A DNA stretch of 63,985 nucleotides, the filler included, from Craspedostauros australis (lineage: Eukaryota): the NCBI GenBank assembly GCA_030167865.1. It is 13 parts of 13 records of this genome, joined end to end, with 100 filler letters (N's around TTAATTAATTAA, not from the genome) between each part and the next. Parts side by side here need not be neighbours in the genome. Positions count along the whole stretch, not along the records: positions 1 to 22,640 come from JALAGF010005945.1; positions 22,741 to 29,372 come from JALAGF010005951.1; 11 more parts are not named here. One strand, 5' to 3'. Below the pieces are notes generated by a model, which was not told where the DNA came from, ran no database searches, and was given only the letters and a program-made list of their open reading frames with translations. This document shows positions 11,501 to 22,948 of the stretch, piece by piece (positions within the stretch are counted from its first letter, which is position 1; every line of letters starts with the position of its first letter). The translations under genes were made by a program, and so were the position numbers.

Positions 11501-14500
11501 GTCAATGCAAAGGCATTGTCCGGTCGGCCGACATCAAAAGACAAGCGCCAACCCGTCGACCTGTCCAAGATGACAGAGGAAGAAAAGAGGAGGTACAGGA
11601 AGCTGCGAAAGAAGAGAAAGCTGCTCAAGCTCGCCAAGCGGAGGGAGAAGGAGCGGAAACGACAGCTCGCCATGCAGCAATCCAATCAAACCTCATCCGG
11701 CTCTACCAAGGGCGGGCGCAAGAAGTCATCCGGCGGAAAGAATCAAGCGAAGAAGAAAGGTCCACGAACTGTGGAGTATCTATGTGGACTGTGCAGCGAA
11801 GCTTACTCTTCGCCTTGCGAATTCAATCCTTGGTGGGCGTTGGCGCAGCATGAATGTCCGAAGTGTCGAAAGACGCAGGTACGTTGATGCGGTGATGCGG
11901 TGATATGGACGCGTGTTCGAATGTCTGCTTCTGTCATGCAGGTTGAATCATTCTCATTTGTGGCGGTGGTGCCACTGCGCACACTGCGCCATGCACTATC
12001 TACTACCTGCGTTATATGGATGTCGGAATTTGCAACTAACAGACGCTGTGCATGATGAACTCATTCTGGTTGATTTTGACTTTGTTGCCGCTGTTACGCT
12101 GCTGTGCGCCACACACCAAAACTTCTTGCAACTTCGACATGATGTGATGACTCTCGCCACATGGATGAATGCATGAATACACACCAACATGAAAATGAAC
12201 ATGAACACGAATATGAACAACAAAAGGTCCCAAGACTTGACATATCATCTCCATCCAACCTCATTGAGTACCATCCTGCGCTATTGGCGCATGCGGATGA
12301 TAGCAACGGTGGGAGTGGAGGCAACAACTCAGCTAGCGTTGCAGCGGCAGTGGCAGCAAATACACACTTGGCCCCAGTAGTCGCCGCCCCGTCGGCATAC
12401 TCCAGGGGCGGATCATCCAAGCTGAATGGAGCAGACAGTGATTCCGATTCGGATTCGGACTTGAGCGATCTCTCTGATGGCGACCTTTCGATCACATCAC
12501 TCGACTCCGTCATGTCTGCGTCAGACCTGCAGGCCATGACGCCCGCGGAGAAGGCCGAGTACGAATCCTTCGGCCTGGAGTACAAGGGTCCAGTGATTTC
12601 AGACGATGAAGCATCCCGTCTCCTCACCCTCATGGGCCATGCGTCGACATGCCCTTGCCAGTAAGTCATGCCTTCGATGTTTGTCTGCGGGATGCATTTG
12701 TAATATTCTATTTTATGCTTGCCGTGAGAACCCAAGCAATTTGAAGATATCTCCGCGAACCAGGAGCGAGGATGATGATGCTGCACTGTGCCGTGCCATC
12801 ATGCGGGGTGTACATCGGAGGATTCATTTGCACTTCCACTCACGTCCACATTCGGACGAATTGTTGTTGTTGTTGGTTTTTGCCATCACACGTTTTTCTC
12901 CTTCCCTCGCCACACGATCACGTTGACAAATAGACACAAGTCACCAAAGCATAGAGATGTGTGCAGAAGCACCAAGTACATGATGCTGCACGTCCGAGAT
13001 TGTCCCGGCACCACAGCTTCATTCGATGTCTGCCCATTCCCGTGGTGTCGCAAGGTGAAGCATCTGCTCTTCCACTTGGTCTCCTGCGTACACCCAGAAT
13101 CTTGCGCCATTTGCAAGCCCGCAAATCCATCTCCCGCCATGTTCAATTTGATGAACCTAAATGTGCACAGATACGAAAAGCGGAAGCTGAGGATGCAAGC
13201 AGCCATGAAGGCTGCTGCTACGGCCGCTGTCATCAAACCAAAGCCCACATCGAAGAGCCACACCGGAGGCAAGAAGTCGGGCAGTAAAGCAAGCCAACGG
13301 TCTGGTTCATCCCGAAGCAAGACGTCCAGGACGACGAAACAAGCCAAGGCATCCGCATCTGCGAGGGCCACTGTGCCACGAGCGCTGCCTCCAGCCGCCA
13401 TCGTTGCCAGACAACCTGTACGCGTGATCCAGCAGGCTCCGCGGAGAGCCACAGCCAAGATGCACGTTCAGGCTCGCACTCACGTCCCGATCGCGCCATC
13501 TACAGCGGCCCACAAACCTGCTCCTGTTGTTTCGACCCGCGTTGCCGTTCAACCGGCTCCGATGCATGTCACGACCGTCCAGCGAAAGATGGTTGTCGCG
13601 CAATCGCCAAGAGTTGTGCCTCTGCAGCAGAAGGCCGCCACGCAAACGCTGCCTCCGAAGCTATCCGTTCCCAACCCAATGGCAGCCTCAACCGTGATGC
13701 AACACTCGCCCCATGTCGCCGCAGTTGCGAGGGCGCCTGTTCCTCTTCCCGCAGCTGCTACAACGACAATTGCTCCAAGCCTACCAGCACAGCCGCCCAG
13801 CAGAGTCGAACAGTCGATCAAGCCTATGGTTACGCAAGCAGTTGGTCAGCATGCTACTCAGCTTGCTGTGGACAATGTCGTGCAACAGCCGCAACCTCAG
13901 CATCAGCACCAACTCCAGGCGCAGCAACACCAGCAAATGGCGATGCCCAACGGGGCAGTGCACGTTGGCACGGCAATCGGCAAGCCAACCATACGATCAC
14001 AGCCGACGAGTGTTCCCATTGCCCAACGAACTCATGTTGGTCAGATAACACAGCCAATGGTCGTTCCAAACCAATCACTGCAACCACGCGTGGCGATCGC
14101 TTCTAAACCCCTCCAAGCCCCACCGGCACCAGCTGCACCAACCCCCGTGGCTGGCGTTTCGTACGCTCCATCTCCCGCCATGGCCATCAGTGCTCCCGTG
14201 GCCGTTGCCAATCCAGCGCAGACTTACAGAGCGAAACCGGTGGCAACAATGGCGGCACCGGCAGCGTCCCATCCCAACGCTGTTTCCTACGCGAAGCCCA
14301 TTTCGGCAGCAACCGTCCAGCCTCCAATCCAAGGGTCCGTTCAGGTGCTGACGCAACCGAAGGCGCAGCCACACGTACAGGCATATATACAGGCACAAGC
14401 ACAACGACCGGCAACCATGCCTGTTGCCGTAAAGACGGAGGTGGCACAACAGCAGCGACAGGCAGCAGGCACGGTGACCATGCATACAAGACTGACGTCG

Positions 14501-14920
14501 CCCACATTGCTCCAAAACATAAAGTTGGAACCTCACGATGGAGTCCACCCCACAACGACCACCGCTGCTGTTGCTGCACCAGCAGCTCCTCCTCGTGCGG
14601 GGCCTGCGCTGGCGAAGCAAGAGGACGCGACTCCAGTGACCAGAGTCCCGCAGCCTGCCGGGGTGCCCATCATGAACCAAGCGCCGCCAGCACAACAGAA
14701 GGCGATTGTTCCAGCGGGAGGCGCACCGAACGTAATGGCTGCGAATCCTACGGCAACAACGACATCCACCATCTCTCATCCACCGGTTGCAGTTACGGCA
14801 CCTCCCGCACCAGTGGCAGCAGCCACCGCACCTGCACCAACAAACCCGAATGCAAACACGGGACCACCAACGGTAGCCTCTGGCAACGACATCGTCGAAC
14901 AAACGGTGAAGGTGGCGTAA
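8549..14920 (+). CDS. Three-exon Q/P/T/A-rich putative transcriptional co-regulator with C4 zinc finger and TAZ-type zinc finger (exons about 8549-11878, 12227-12660, 12934-14920)
   Basis: Intron 1 is GTACGT(11879)..AAG(12226), phase 0. Intron 2 is GTAAGT(12661)..TAG(12933), phase 2. Splicing gives CGLC..CPKCRKTQ|VPRLDISSPSNLIEYHPALLAH and HASTCPCQ|HKSPKHRDVCRSTKYMMLHVRDC..CPFPWCRKVKHLLFHLVSC..CAIC (TAZ His/Cys pattern). A basic NLS-like stretch RKLRKKRK is present. The start is taken as the first in-frame ATG. Confidence 0.85.
9539..9655 (+). repeat. Coding 15-bp tandem repeat CCTGTGCAACAACAA (PVQQQ, about 8 copies)
   Basis: Directly visible tandem array in exon 1 of the TAZ gene. Confidence 0.9.
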
Positions 14921-15850
14921 AGCAACAGCAGGATCAGCCACCGAATTCTGTTCAAGCGCGAGGACACAAAGAGCCCCAAATGGAGGCAAAGCTATTCTGC
15001 CTTCCAGCCACAGGTGTGGCACGTACATTCATCATTTTCAAAAGCCTATTCCACTCTAGTGCTCTATTTTTTCTTCAGCTGCTGTATCACATTCTGTTAT
15101 ACTCTACTCATCGTTAATGCAGAGTGACAACTTCCGCATACACGCATTATATTAGGCATGGTTTGGTCCTGCGATGGTGTGCTCGTACCGTTACATCTGC
15201 CAGCCTGGGATGCCAAGACAAGAGTCGCGACGAACTGAGAAACGAATGAGATCCGCAGCAGTCGTTTTTTGCGCATGGCAGACGCGTGGTTGTTGATTCA
15301 CCAGTGAAAGATCCATATGGGTTTAGCGGTAATAATATAATATTTATAATACACATACGTTTATATTCAAATATTATTTCAATTGCCTATAATATATCGC
15401 GATGTATGTTTGCCGCGGCTTACAATGAGTACTGATAGAGTCTCGTCATTGACGATGAGTGGCAAACAACGTGCATTTGGGCAGCCAAGAGCGAAAACAC
15501 GATGACCAGCACCCACGGAGCCTGTGGGCGAAGCCGAACGAAATGGCAAACCTCCTCGTGTGTGTGAAGCCGCCGGTCTCCCCCCGAACGAGCCGTGATC
15601 CAACCCAAGAGCCAAATCAATCCGAGTCAATCAGAGTCAATCCATTCGTGCTGGGTCGAGTTGAGGTGAACACCATTCCGCAAAGCACCAACGGCCTGCC
15701 CAAGCATTCGCATTGCCGCCTCTCCCAACTGGATCTGTGCTTCTCAGACGTTCGCAGGCGCCGACTTGAGGCTTCATCGACCGACAGCAGCTGACGACCA
15801 AGCACCCACTGCCATACTCGTACGAGGGCGACAGAGAGAGACGATCCAAC

Positions 15851-18800
15851 ATGGAGGCATCAAAGCCAGTGGCCAACGGTGACAAATATGGCAGCAACAA
15901 TGGCAGTAACGGCAGCAATGGCAACAACGGCGGAGCAGCGCGAGAACCAGACCGAGATGAGGCGCTGCGCGAAGCCCAGCAATGCCTCGATCTGCTGCGG
16001 GAGGAGGACTTCCTGCTGGATGGCTTCAACCTCCTGGGCATAGTCGCCAACCCGGGAGGTCCGGCGCACCCAAGCTCTCACCCCAGCTCTCACCCTCCCC
16101 GCTCTCCGGCGGCCCCGCAGCCACCCAGCGGAGCGCCTGCGACCGCGACAACGCCAGCTGCAGGCGCAGGCGAGACGGATGCTGCACCCGCCACCGCTGC
16201 CGGCGACGCGGATCCAAACGCTTCCTACTACTCTGAATACCTGAGCGGCACGGTGCAGTCGCTGGAGCAGACGCTGGGCCAGGTCACCGAGCAGATCGAC
16301 ACCCTCAACATGTTCCTGGAGGAGCTGTCCAAGGAGTACCTGGGCGAATACGGCGACGAGACGGCGCACTTGGAGTACTACCTGTCGCAGGAGGAAGAGG
16401 AGGAAGAGCTGGACATCACGGGGATTCCAAGGGAGCTCCTCAACACCACCACCGGCGCGGACACGGTCAGGTCGTACCTCGCGCAGTCGGGGGCGTTGGC
16501 GGATTCCCTCAAAAACAATGAGCTGCGTCCGTCACCGCACGTGCTTCCAAACCCAGAAATGCCGCACATCGTCATGGCCCGCAACACGATCGAGGACGAC
16601 CAGTCGCAAGCGGCCAGCACGCACGACAAGGTCGAGGCCCTCCTCAAACACCTGCCCCCGCTCATCGTCAACCCGGATCTAGACCTCACGGACCCCTCGG
16701 CCTTCGCGCGCCTCATCATGGGCAAGGACCTCGATCAGATCTCGGAAGTGCCCGCCGCCAAATCGTTTGCGAAGCGACCCATGTCCGTCAAGGAGAGCAT
16801 GCTGCAGCCAACGACCGAACTCGTGGCCGCGATAGATCACGAGACATTCGTGCACCATCTAGAAAAGGTCGAGCTGGCGCTCCTCGAACAGGTCCGAGAG
16901 AAGAGCGGTGCGTTCTTTCAGGAAACAACGCGCTTTCGCCAGCTTTCCACCGGTGTCATAGGCCTGCTGGGTCAGACTTCCAAGCTTCGGAGGGTCGTTC
17001 GCAGCGTCCTGGACTCCTACAGCGGGGTGGGCGACATCCCTTCGTTGGATCAGGCCAGAGGCAAGCTCGACACCCTCCAGTGCGTGCTGGAACAGATCGT
17101 CGACCTCCTCAATGTCAAGGGAAGCATCGGCGGTCTCGTGTCAGCGAACGATCACTTCGGAGCGGCCGAGCAGATCCAGTATGGGCAGAGCCTCCTCCTC
17201 GGCAAGACGGATGAAACTGCGGACGCCGCCAACGCGGAAAGCACAGCAAATGGGATTGCCGCAAGACCCAGCGACATCGCGCGTCTGGATCAGCTCAATG
17301 CGTTGCGATCATGCGGAGAACAGTTCAAGCAGTACCAGTCTCTCGTGGCCCAGAATCTCTCAGAGGAAATCACGGAAATATTCTTGAACTGGACGATACC
17401 GCCGCCGGGTCGGACCTCCACGCAGGATACATCTCGTGTCGTTGGCATGGTCGAGGCCCTGCGCATGTGCAACTCGTGGAACTCAGCAGGGCAGGTTTAC
17501 ATCAAACGGATGCACCAGACGCTGCGCATGACCGTCCGGACCACGATTGCGGAATTCGTGGATTCCAACAAAACCAACAAGAAAGGTGGCGGCGGTGGTG
17601 GCGTGGTCAAGATGCCATACGCCAGCTTCTCCAAGTGCCTGGACATGCTCCTGGAAGAATTGCTCAGGATATTACACGCGGCCAAAGCGGTGGACGATTT
17701 CTGCCTCGCCAACAACGTCTTTGATGATGATGAAAACAGCCCGGAGAATGGCACGACCAAACATCAGGCCAACGCCGCGAATGGGAGCAAGCAGAGTACG
17801 TGTCAGAGGTGGACCATGGAAGCGGTCGCGACCGGTGTGGAGATTGCATCGGAAGATATTGCAAGGATCCTCCGACAAAGACGCGAGGCGCATTCGCTGA
17901 TTGCGCTGGACGACATGCGACGGCTATGGGATCGATGTTCGGACTTCAGCACACAGGTGGAGAAACTATCCAAGACGAAGGCGAACGGTTTGAAGTCCAC
18001 CCTCGTGGGACAGGCGAAGGCATTCTTGGAGCGCGCACACGAGAGGAACATGTCAGCTCTCGCGGCCGCCATGGAATCGGAGCGGTGGACGCAATGCGAG
18101 GTGTCCTCAGAACGCCAGGATGCTCTCACGCGGTTATGCTCCGGGCGAGCCGTCGTCTCCAACTCCCAAAGGCGTCGCAACGCGGAGGATGCTACCTCCA
18201 ACACTACAGTCGCCCGCAATCCAACGGCCATCGTAGAGGGAAAGGAATACAGGGTCGTTTGGTCCTGCCTCCTTCTCGTGGAGATGGTCATGACGAACAT
18301 ATCTGCGGCGGCACATTTTCAAACCCTTGCGGCCAACGCGGTTGGCAAAGTATCCGAGCTGCTGCGCTTGTTCACCACTCGCGCGACGCAGCTTGTGCTC
18401 AATGCTGGTGCCATGCACTCGGCCGCGAGACTGAAATCCATCAATGCGAAGCATTTGTCCATGGTCACACGATCGCTTGGGATGATGCTTGTCTTGTTCC
18501 CGCATATCCGCGCAGCCTTGATGGCCCAGCTCCTCCCCAAGCAACATGCGCTTCTGAATGATCTGGACACCATCCGGGGTGCGTACGTGGATCACAACGA
18601 AAAGGTGATGAACAAGTTCGTCATCATCATCGGTGGCATCGTGGAACGAGGGCTGGCTCCGACCATCGCCAGCACCAACTTTGATGCGAGGGGGAAAGAG
18701 CTGCCAGAGAACGAGATCGGCGACAAAGCCAACAAATGCTGCGCATTCATGGACGGTGTCATCACGAGCACGAAGAAGCTGCATCAGGTGCTCAGCAACC

Positions 18801-19351
18801 TGCTTCCGCCGGACAATCTGCAGGATGTCTTTTCCAGAATATTCGCGTACGTCGACGAAAAGGTCCCTGCCATCCTCATTGCTGCCGATTCGGCCTCTTC
18901 GTCAACAAGCACGGCGAAGAATGCAAAGACACCCACGCAGCGCTTTGCGTTCCCAAGCACGGAACCTGGAAAACGTCGTTTGCTGCTCGAGTTGCAGCAC
19001 ATGACGCTTCAACTGAATGGCTTGGAAGGCGTGTTGGGCTGGGACTTTAGCGCCGTTGGCATCATCGAAGGTCGGATAGATTGCCAGCTGAATCCGCCGA
19101 TGGAGGAGGAGGAGGATGGCGAACGCATCGACAATGGCGATGCTGACGCGGTTGCAGCCACAGAAAATGGTGATGCGGCAGAGTCAGTTGACAAGGATGG
19201 CGCAAAACCAAACGGAGGTGACGAAAAGAAGGAGGAAAGCGAGACGCAACCTTCTTCGGAAAATCAGGATTCCAAGAAAGAAGCAGAGGAGCAAAAACAG
19301 CCGAACGGCAATGCTGATTCATCGGCGGAGGTCGAGTCTAAAGCTGATTAG
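15851..19351 (+). CDS. VPS54: Vacuolar protein sorting-associated protein 54 (GARP complex subunit), apparently single exon, 1166 aa
   Basis: Vps54-type motifs: HHLEKVELALLEQVREKSGAFF, MESERWTQCEV, YRVVWSCLLL and the C-terminal domain ELLRLFTTRATQLVLNAGAMHSAARLKSINAKHLSM. Confidence 0.9.
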   Translation: MEASKPVANGDKYGSNNGSNGSNGNNGGAAREPDRDEALREAQQCLDLLREEDFLLDGFNLLGIVANPGGPAHPSSHPSSHPPRSPAAPQPPSGAPATATTPAAGAGETDAAPATAAGDADPNASYYSEYLSGTVQSLEQTLGQVTEQIDTLNMFLEELSKEYLGEYGDETAHLEYYLSQEEEEEELDITGIPRELLNTTTGADTVRSYLAQSGALADSLKNNELRPSPHVLPNPEMPHIVMARNTIEDDQSQAASTHDKVEALLKHLPPLIVNPDLDLTDPSAFARLIMGKDLDQISEVPAAKSFAKRPMSVKESMLQPTTELVAAIDHETFVHHLEKVELALLEQVREKSGAFFQETTRFRQLSTGVIGLLGQTSKLRRVVRSVLDSYSGVGDIPSLDQARGKLDTLQCVLEQIVDLLNVKGSIGGLVSANDHFGAAEQIQYGQSLLLGKTDETADAANAESTANGIAARPSDIARLDQLNALRSCGEQFKQYQSLVAQNLSEEITEIFLNWTIPPPGRTSTQDTSRVVGMVEALRMCNSWNSAGQVYIKRMHQTLRMTVRTTIAEFVDSNKTNKKGGGGGGVVKMPYASFSKCLDMLLEELLRILHAAKAVDDFCLANNVFDDDENSPENGTTKHQANAANGSKQSTCQRWTMEAVATGVEIASEDIARILRQRREAHSLIALDDMRRLWDRCSDFSTQVEKLSKTKANGLKSTLVGQAKAFLERAHERNMSALAAAMESERWTQCEVSSERQDALTRLCSGRAVVSNSQRRRNAEDATSNTTVARNPTAIVEGKEYRVVWSCLLLVEMVMTNISAAAHFQTLAANAVGKVSELLRLFTTRATQLVLNAGAMHSAARLKSINAKHLSMVTRSLGMMLVLFPHIRAALMAQLLPKQHALLNDLDTIRGAYVDHNEKVMNKFVIIIGGIVERGLAPTIASTNFDARGKELPENEIGDKANKCCAFMDGVITSTKKLHQVLSNLLPPDNLQDVFSRIFAYVDEKVPAILIAADSASSSTSTAKNAKTPTQRFAFPSTEPGKRRLLLELQHMTLQLNGLEGVLGWDFSAVGIIEGRIDCQLNPPMEEEEDGERIDNGDADAVAATENGDAAESVDKDGAKPNGGDEKKEESETQPSSENQDSKKEAEEQKQPNGNADSSAEVESKAD

Positions 19352-19462
19352 AGTACATCCGTTGGTTGCAACCATTGTCCTGTGACGAGAAGAAGAGCAT
19401 GGCTGCAGCCGTTGAAACCTCCCCTTCTTTTCTTTTTGGCCTGTGTGATGACGAGATCATCA

Positions 19463-20059
19463 TCATCGCAAACCGTCGAGATGTCGGAAGAAGGCATCCT
19501 TGTAGTGCTCAACACGAGGAACGTACTTCTCATCTTGTCTTTGCCATGCCGCCCTCAACTCGTCGATTGGCAACCAGCAGTACGCATCCACTTCAGCCGT
19601 CCCAAGCTCGAATTTGCACGTCGCCTCTTGGACCGCGAGGAAGTACACATCCTCGAAGCAGTTGCAACCGCCGATGGGTGCCTGCTCCGCCGGACACGTG
19701 AAGGCACGATCGATCTGATGAGGTTGGATGACCAACCCGAGTTCCTCCTGCACCTCGCGACAAGCGGTTTCCTTGGAATCGTCGTTCGTCTCGATGTGAC
19801 CGGCCGCGCTGATATCCCACCGGCCAGGATAGGTGTCCTTCTGCATCGATCGTTTCTGCAGCACGACCAGCTGCTTCTCCACATCGACGAGCCAAATATG
19901 GACGCTGCGATGCCAGTCGCGATCCCGATGCACCAACGCGCGCTTCTTCCGCACGCCCGTGGAAGTCGGTCGATCCTGGAACATGTCGAACCCAGCGGAT
20001 GGTGGCGCCTCCATCACTTCGAACATCTCGTCATCGTTCTGCGCCATGGCTTGTGCCAT
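19463..20059 (-). CDS. Nudix hydrolase (IDI type 1-like / plant NUDT3 N-domain-like), about 198 aa
   Basis: VHRDRDWHRSVHIWL, LQKRSMQKDTYPGRWDISAAGH and Nudix box GHIETNDDSKETACREVQEELGL. First in-frame ATG at 20059 (frame open to 20218). Convergent with VPS54. Confidence 0.85.
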   Translation of the reverse strand: MAQAMAQNDDEMFEVMEAPPSAGFDMFQDRPTSTGVRKKRALVHRDRDWHRSVHIWLVDVEKQLVVLQKRSMQKDTYPGRWDISAAGHIETNDDSKETACREVQEELGLVIQPHQIDRAFTCPAEQAPIGGCNCFEDVYFLAVQEATCKFELGTAEVDAYCWLPIDELRAAWQRQDEKYVPRVEHYKDAFFRHLDGLR

Positions 20060-20721
20060 TTGTGGGAGTATTTCTCGTTGGCTTGATCGATTGGTTTGTG
20101 TCACGACGGTGCGGTGCTGGAACGCTCTACTCTGTACAGTATGGCGTGCATCCGACTTGATGAACGCAGCGAAGATCTGTGGACTTGGGGGAGGATGATT
20201 GGGTTTGGGCTTTGACACTGGTGAGCAGAAATGAAAAGATACGATGATCGTACTGATGTTCGTCCTGATGTTCGTCTTGATGTTGTGCGACAGAAGAATG
20301 GAAAAGCGGAAAGGTCAAGCACAGCAATAACATCATCAACAACAATCGATCAGGTCGGTGGGAACAACGTGTCCCACTGTTTGTATATGTTCGAGCGAAA
20401 GTGCTACACTGACACAATCGTAGCGCGATGGCCGAAGCAAGCGATACCCCAGATGGTTGTCTGTTCTGAAATGAGGCTGCCGGACACCCAAGCATGCACA
20501 GTGCGAACGAACGTGTCTGCAAAAGAGTTGGTACAGGTGGATGCCTGCTTACTTTGGTGCGCGTGTGAGTATTGGGATCCTCTCAATCATGTGCAGATCT
20601 CGTGAGCACGTGAAGATGGCCACACCAGAACCCAACAGAGTTGCCGCCATGTTGCCGAATCACCACATTCCACCCAACAACACGTTCCTGCAAACGGCGC
20701 AGTTTCCGCGACAAGCAAAAG

Positions 20722-20792
20722 TGCAACGTCCGGGAATCGAACCCGGGGCAACCGCTTGGAAGGCGGATATTTTACCACTAAACTAACATTGC
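20722..20792 (-). tRNA. tRNA-Gly(TCC)
   Basis: GCAATGT/ACGTTGC acceptor stem, D-arm TAGTGGTAA, anticodon loop CTTCCAA, T-loop GGTTCGATTCC, downstream T-run. 71 nt. Confidence 0.93.
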
Positions 20793-21587
20793 TGTTGCTG
20801 CATGAAAGAGCAATCTACCATTACTTAAACTTTTTCATTGGAGAAAGCCCTCTCTGTGGAGTGGTCTGCTCCGACAGGGCAGCGATACGAGACAACCACC
20901 AGCACAACCATCTCGAGCCTGCGGGGGCTTGCATCGTCCACAAGACCATCATTTTCCAATGTTTGATATCATCCACATCCTGTGATAGAAGTGTTGCTAC
21001 TTCTGATGTACACCATACATTGATGAGGCGTGGTAGAGCAACACATTCTCCCCGCAACAAGGCTTGTCGTTCAAACCCTGTCTTCCTGGGTCCGGGAGGT
21101 CGCCTCATCAGACCATAACGGCCATGCTGCAATAGATTTAACATATATTGCACCATTCTCCTTGCTATTACATTGTTTGTACTTCGATGGTGCAAATTGT
21201 ACAAGCTTTCTCTTTATGGAGCGCTTGCAGTGCGTGGAGCGGCAGCTTCGTCGAAAGAGCACCAACGAGAACGAAAGCAGGAATCGAAGACTGCTTCGCG
21301 AGTGTGACAGTCCGAGTTAGGAGAGTTGTGAAGTCGCGGCGAAAGATCGTTCAGTACTCTTACGGGAAGGCCAGTGTGGTCATGCAGGGGTGGCTGTGCG
21401 GTGGTTGCATTGTATGCACTATGGAGTACATGTTTGATGTGAGTAGTTGGAGTTGCATGCTGGTGCTCAGACGAGGAGAGCACCCAAGAGTTGGAACTCA
21501 GGCAGCGTTGTCTGGTTGGCGCTTCGGCGGCGTTGTCTAAAAGGATATAGAGATGTTTGATTTCTTTCCACAACCACCAAGTTGAGT

Positions 21588-21676
21588 GCCCCTATAGCTC
21601 AGTAGGCAGAGCGTCAGTCTCATAATCACAATAAGGAGTCAGCTGAAGGTCAACAGTTCGATCCTGTTTGGGGGCA
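21588..21676 (+). tRNA. Elongator-type tRNA-Met(CAT) with a 16-nt intron (21625-21640)
   Basis: GCCCCTA/TGGGGGC acceptor stem, A-box TAGCTCAGTAGG, TCAGT/GCTGA anticodon stem with CAT at 21621-21623, intron at the canonical 37/38 position, T-loop GTTCGATCC, downstream TTTTT. Mature length 73 nt. Confidence 0.92.
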
Positions 21677-22099
21677 CTTTACTTTTTGGCTCGCGACGGT
21701 GATGTTATGGAGCGTTGTTGTTTCATTTTTGTCGTCGCCGCATTGTTGGGAGTCATCGTAAAAGTCACAAAAAGAAATAATTTGTTCTTAGGTCACGAAT
21801 CAATGGCATTTCGTCGCACTTGAGTGAATCCACAACGGCAATCCCTTCGGTGGCTGGATCTCGCGCTGCGACAAGTCAGGTTTGTTGTGTTCGTTACTGT
21901 GACTACTAACGGTATCGGCTTATTCTACTGGTGCACTGTTTGTTTGTGGGTGTTTGTGGGTGTTTTTCGATTTTTGTGGTGTTGTTGATGTGTGTGTGTG
22001 TGTGTGTTTTTTGGTTGGTGCTCGTTTTTTCTCATTGTGCATTTTTTCTGTTTGATGTGTTGATCGAGCATCCTCTTGTGACATGCAATTGGATGGGTC

Positions 22100-22640
22100 T
22101 CATGCATGCACAGTTGATGCAAGCCCATCCTCAGAGACAGCAGCTGAATGACTTCCTGTTGTGACAGAGGCTGGGACACCATCCATTCGTTGGCGAACAG
22201 AATCGCCTCGGCTTGGGACATGGTCATTCTCGCGACGATGCACAAACCCTGCTGTGGGGGCTTGTGGCATGTCCGAGATGGAGAATCCGGTATCGTCAAT
22301 GTTGCTCGCTGCTGCTGTGCGCTGCTGCTCCACCATGCGAGCATACTTGGCCTTCTCCTCCTCAAGCACTCTCATTTGCTCAATGAGACGAGCATTGTGC
22401 GCTTGCGCAGCACGGACCTGCGCTTCTGCCTCGGTTGCCGCCCTCTGTTGTGCCAAGTTCGCGCGAGCGTTTGCCTGCTCAATGAGAGCACGGGCTTCCT
22501 GCTCCGTCTGGCGACGACGAGCCTCCTCCTGTTGCGCACGAGCCTCCGCTGCTTGGTTGTGGGCTGCCTCTTGCTCATTCTTGTGGCGCCCAGTAGAGCG
22601 CGGCACGAAGTTTGCTGCTTGGGGGATGTTGCCAAATTGG
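22100..22640 (-). CDS. 3' part of an unknown A/Q/E/R-rich coiled-coil protein, truncated by the scaffold end
   Basis: Open frame from the scaffold edge with helical heptad-like composition (EARAQQEEARRRQTEQEARALIEQANARA). No family recognised. Confidence 0.45.
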
Positions 22641-22948
22641 NNNNNNNNNNNNNNNNNNNNNNNNNNNNNNNNNNNNNNNNNNNNTTAATTAATTAANNNN
22701 NNNNNNNNNNNNNNNNNNNNNNNNNNNNNNNNNNNNNNNNAAGATTCAGAAGTGTCGCGGGTTTCAAGACGAAACCTGTGACAAGATGGATGCACGACTG
22801 TGGACTCCTGCCGCAAGAATGTAGGGCGAAATGAAATGCACGATGGAGTGCATGATGAGATGCATGATGAGATGCATGATGAGATGTACATGAAGTACAT
22901 GCTGCATGACATGATGATTACAGCAGTATCTCGTGATGCTACTGTGGA

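Noticed and set aside
22849..22915. 12-bp TGCATGATGAGA repeat beside the truncated Copia integrase
   Set aside because: Three copies at a scaffold edge; possibly another element's end, but no partner or TSD supports it.
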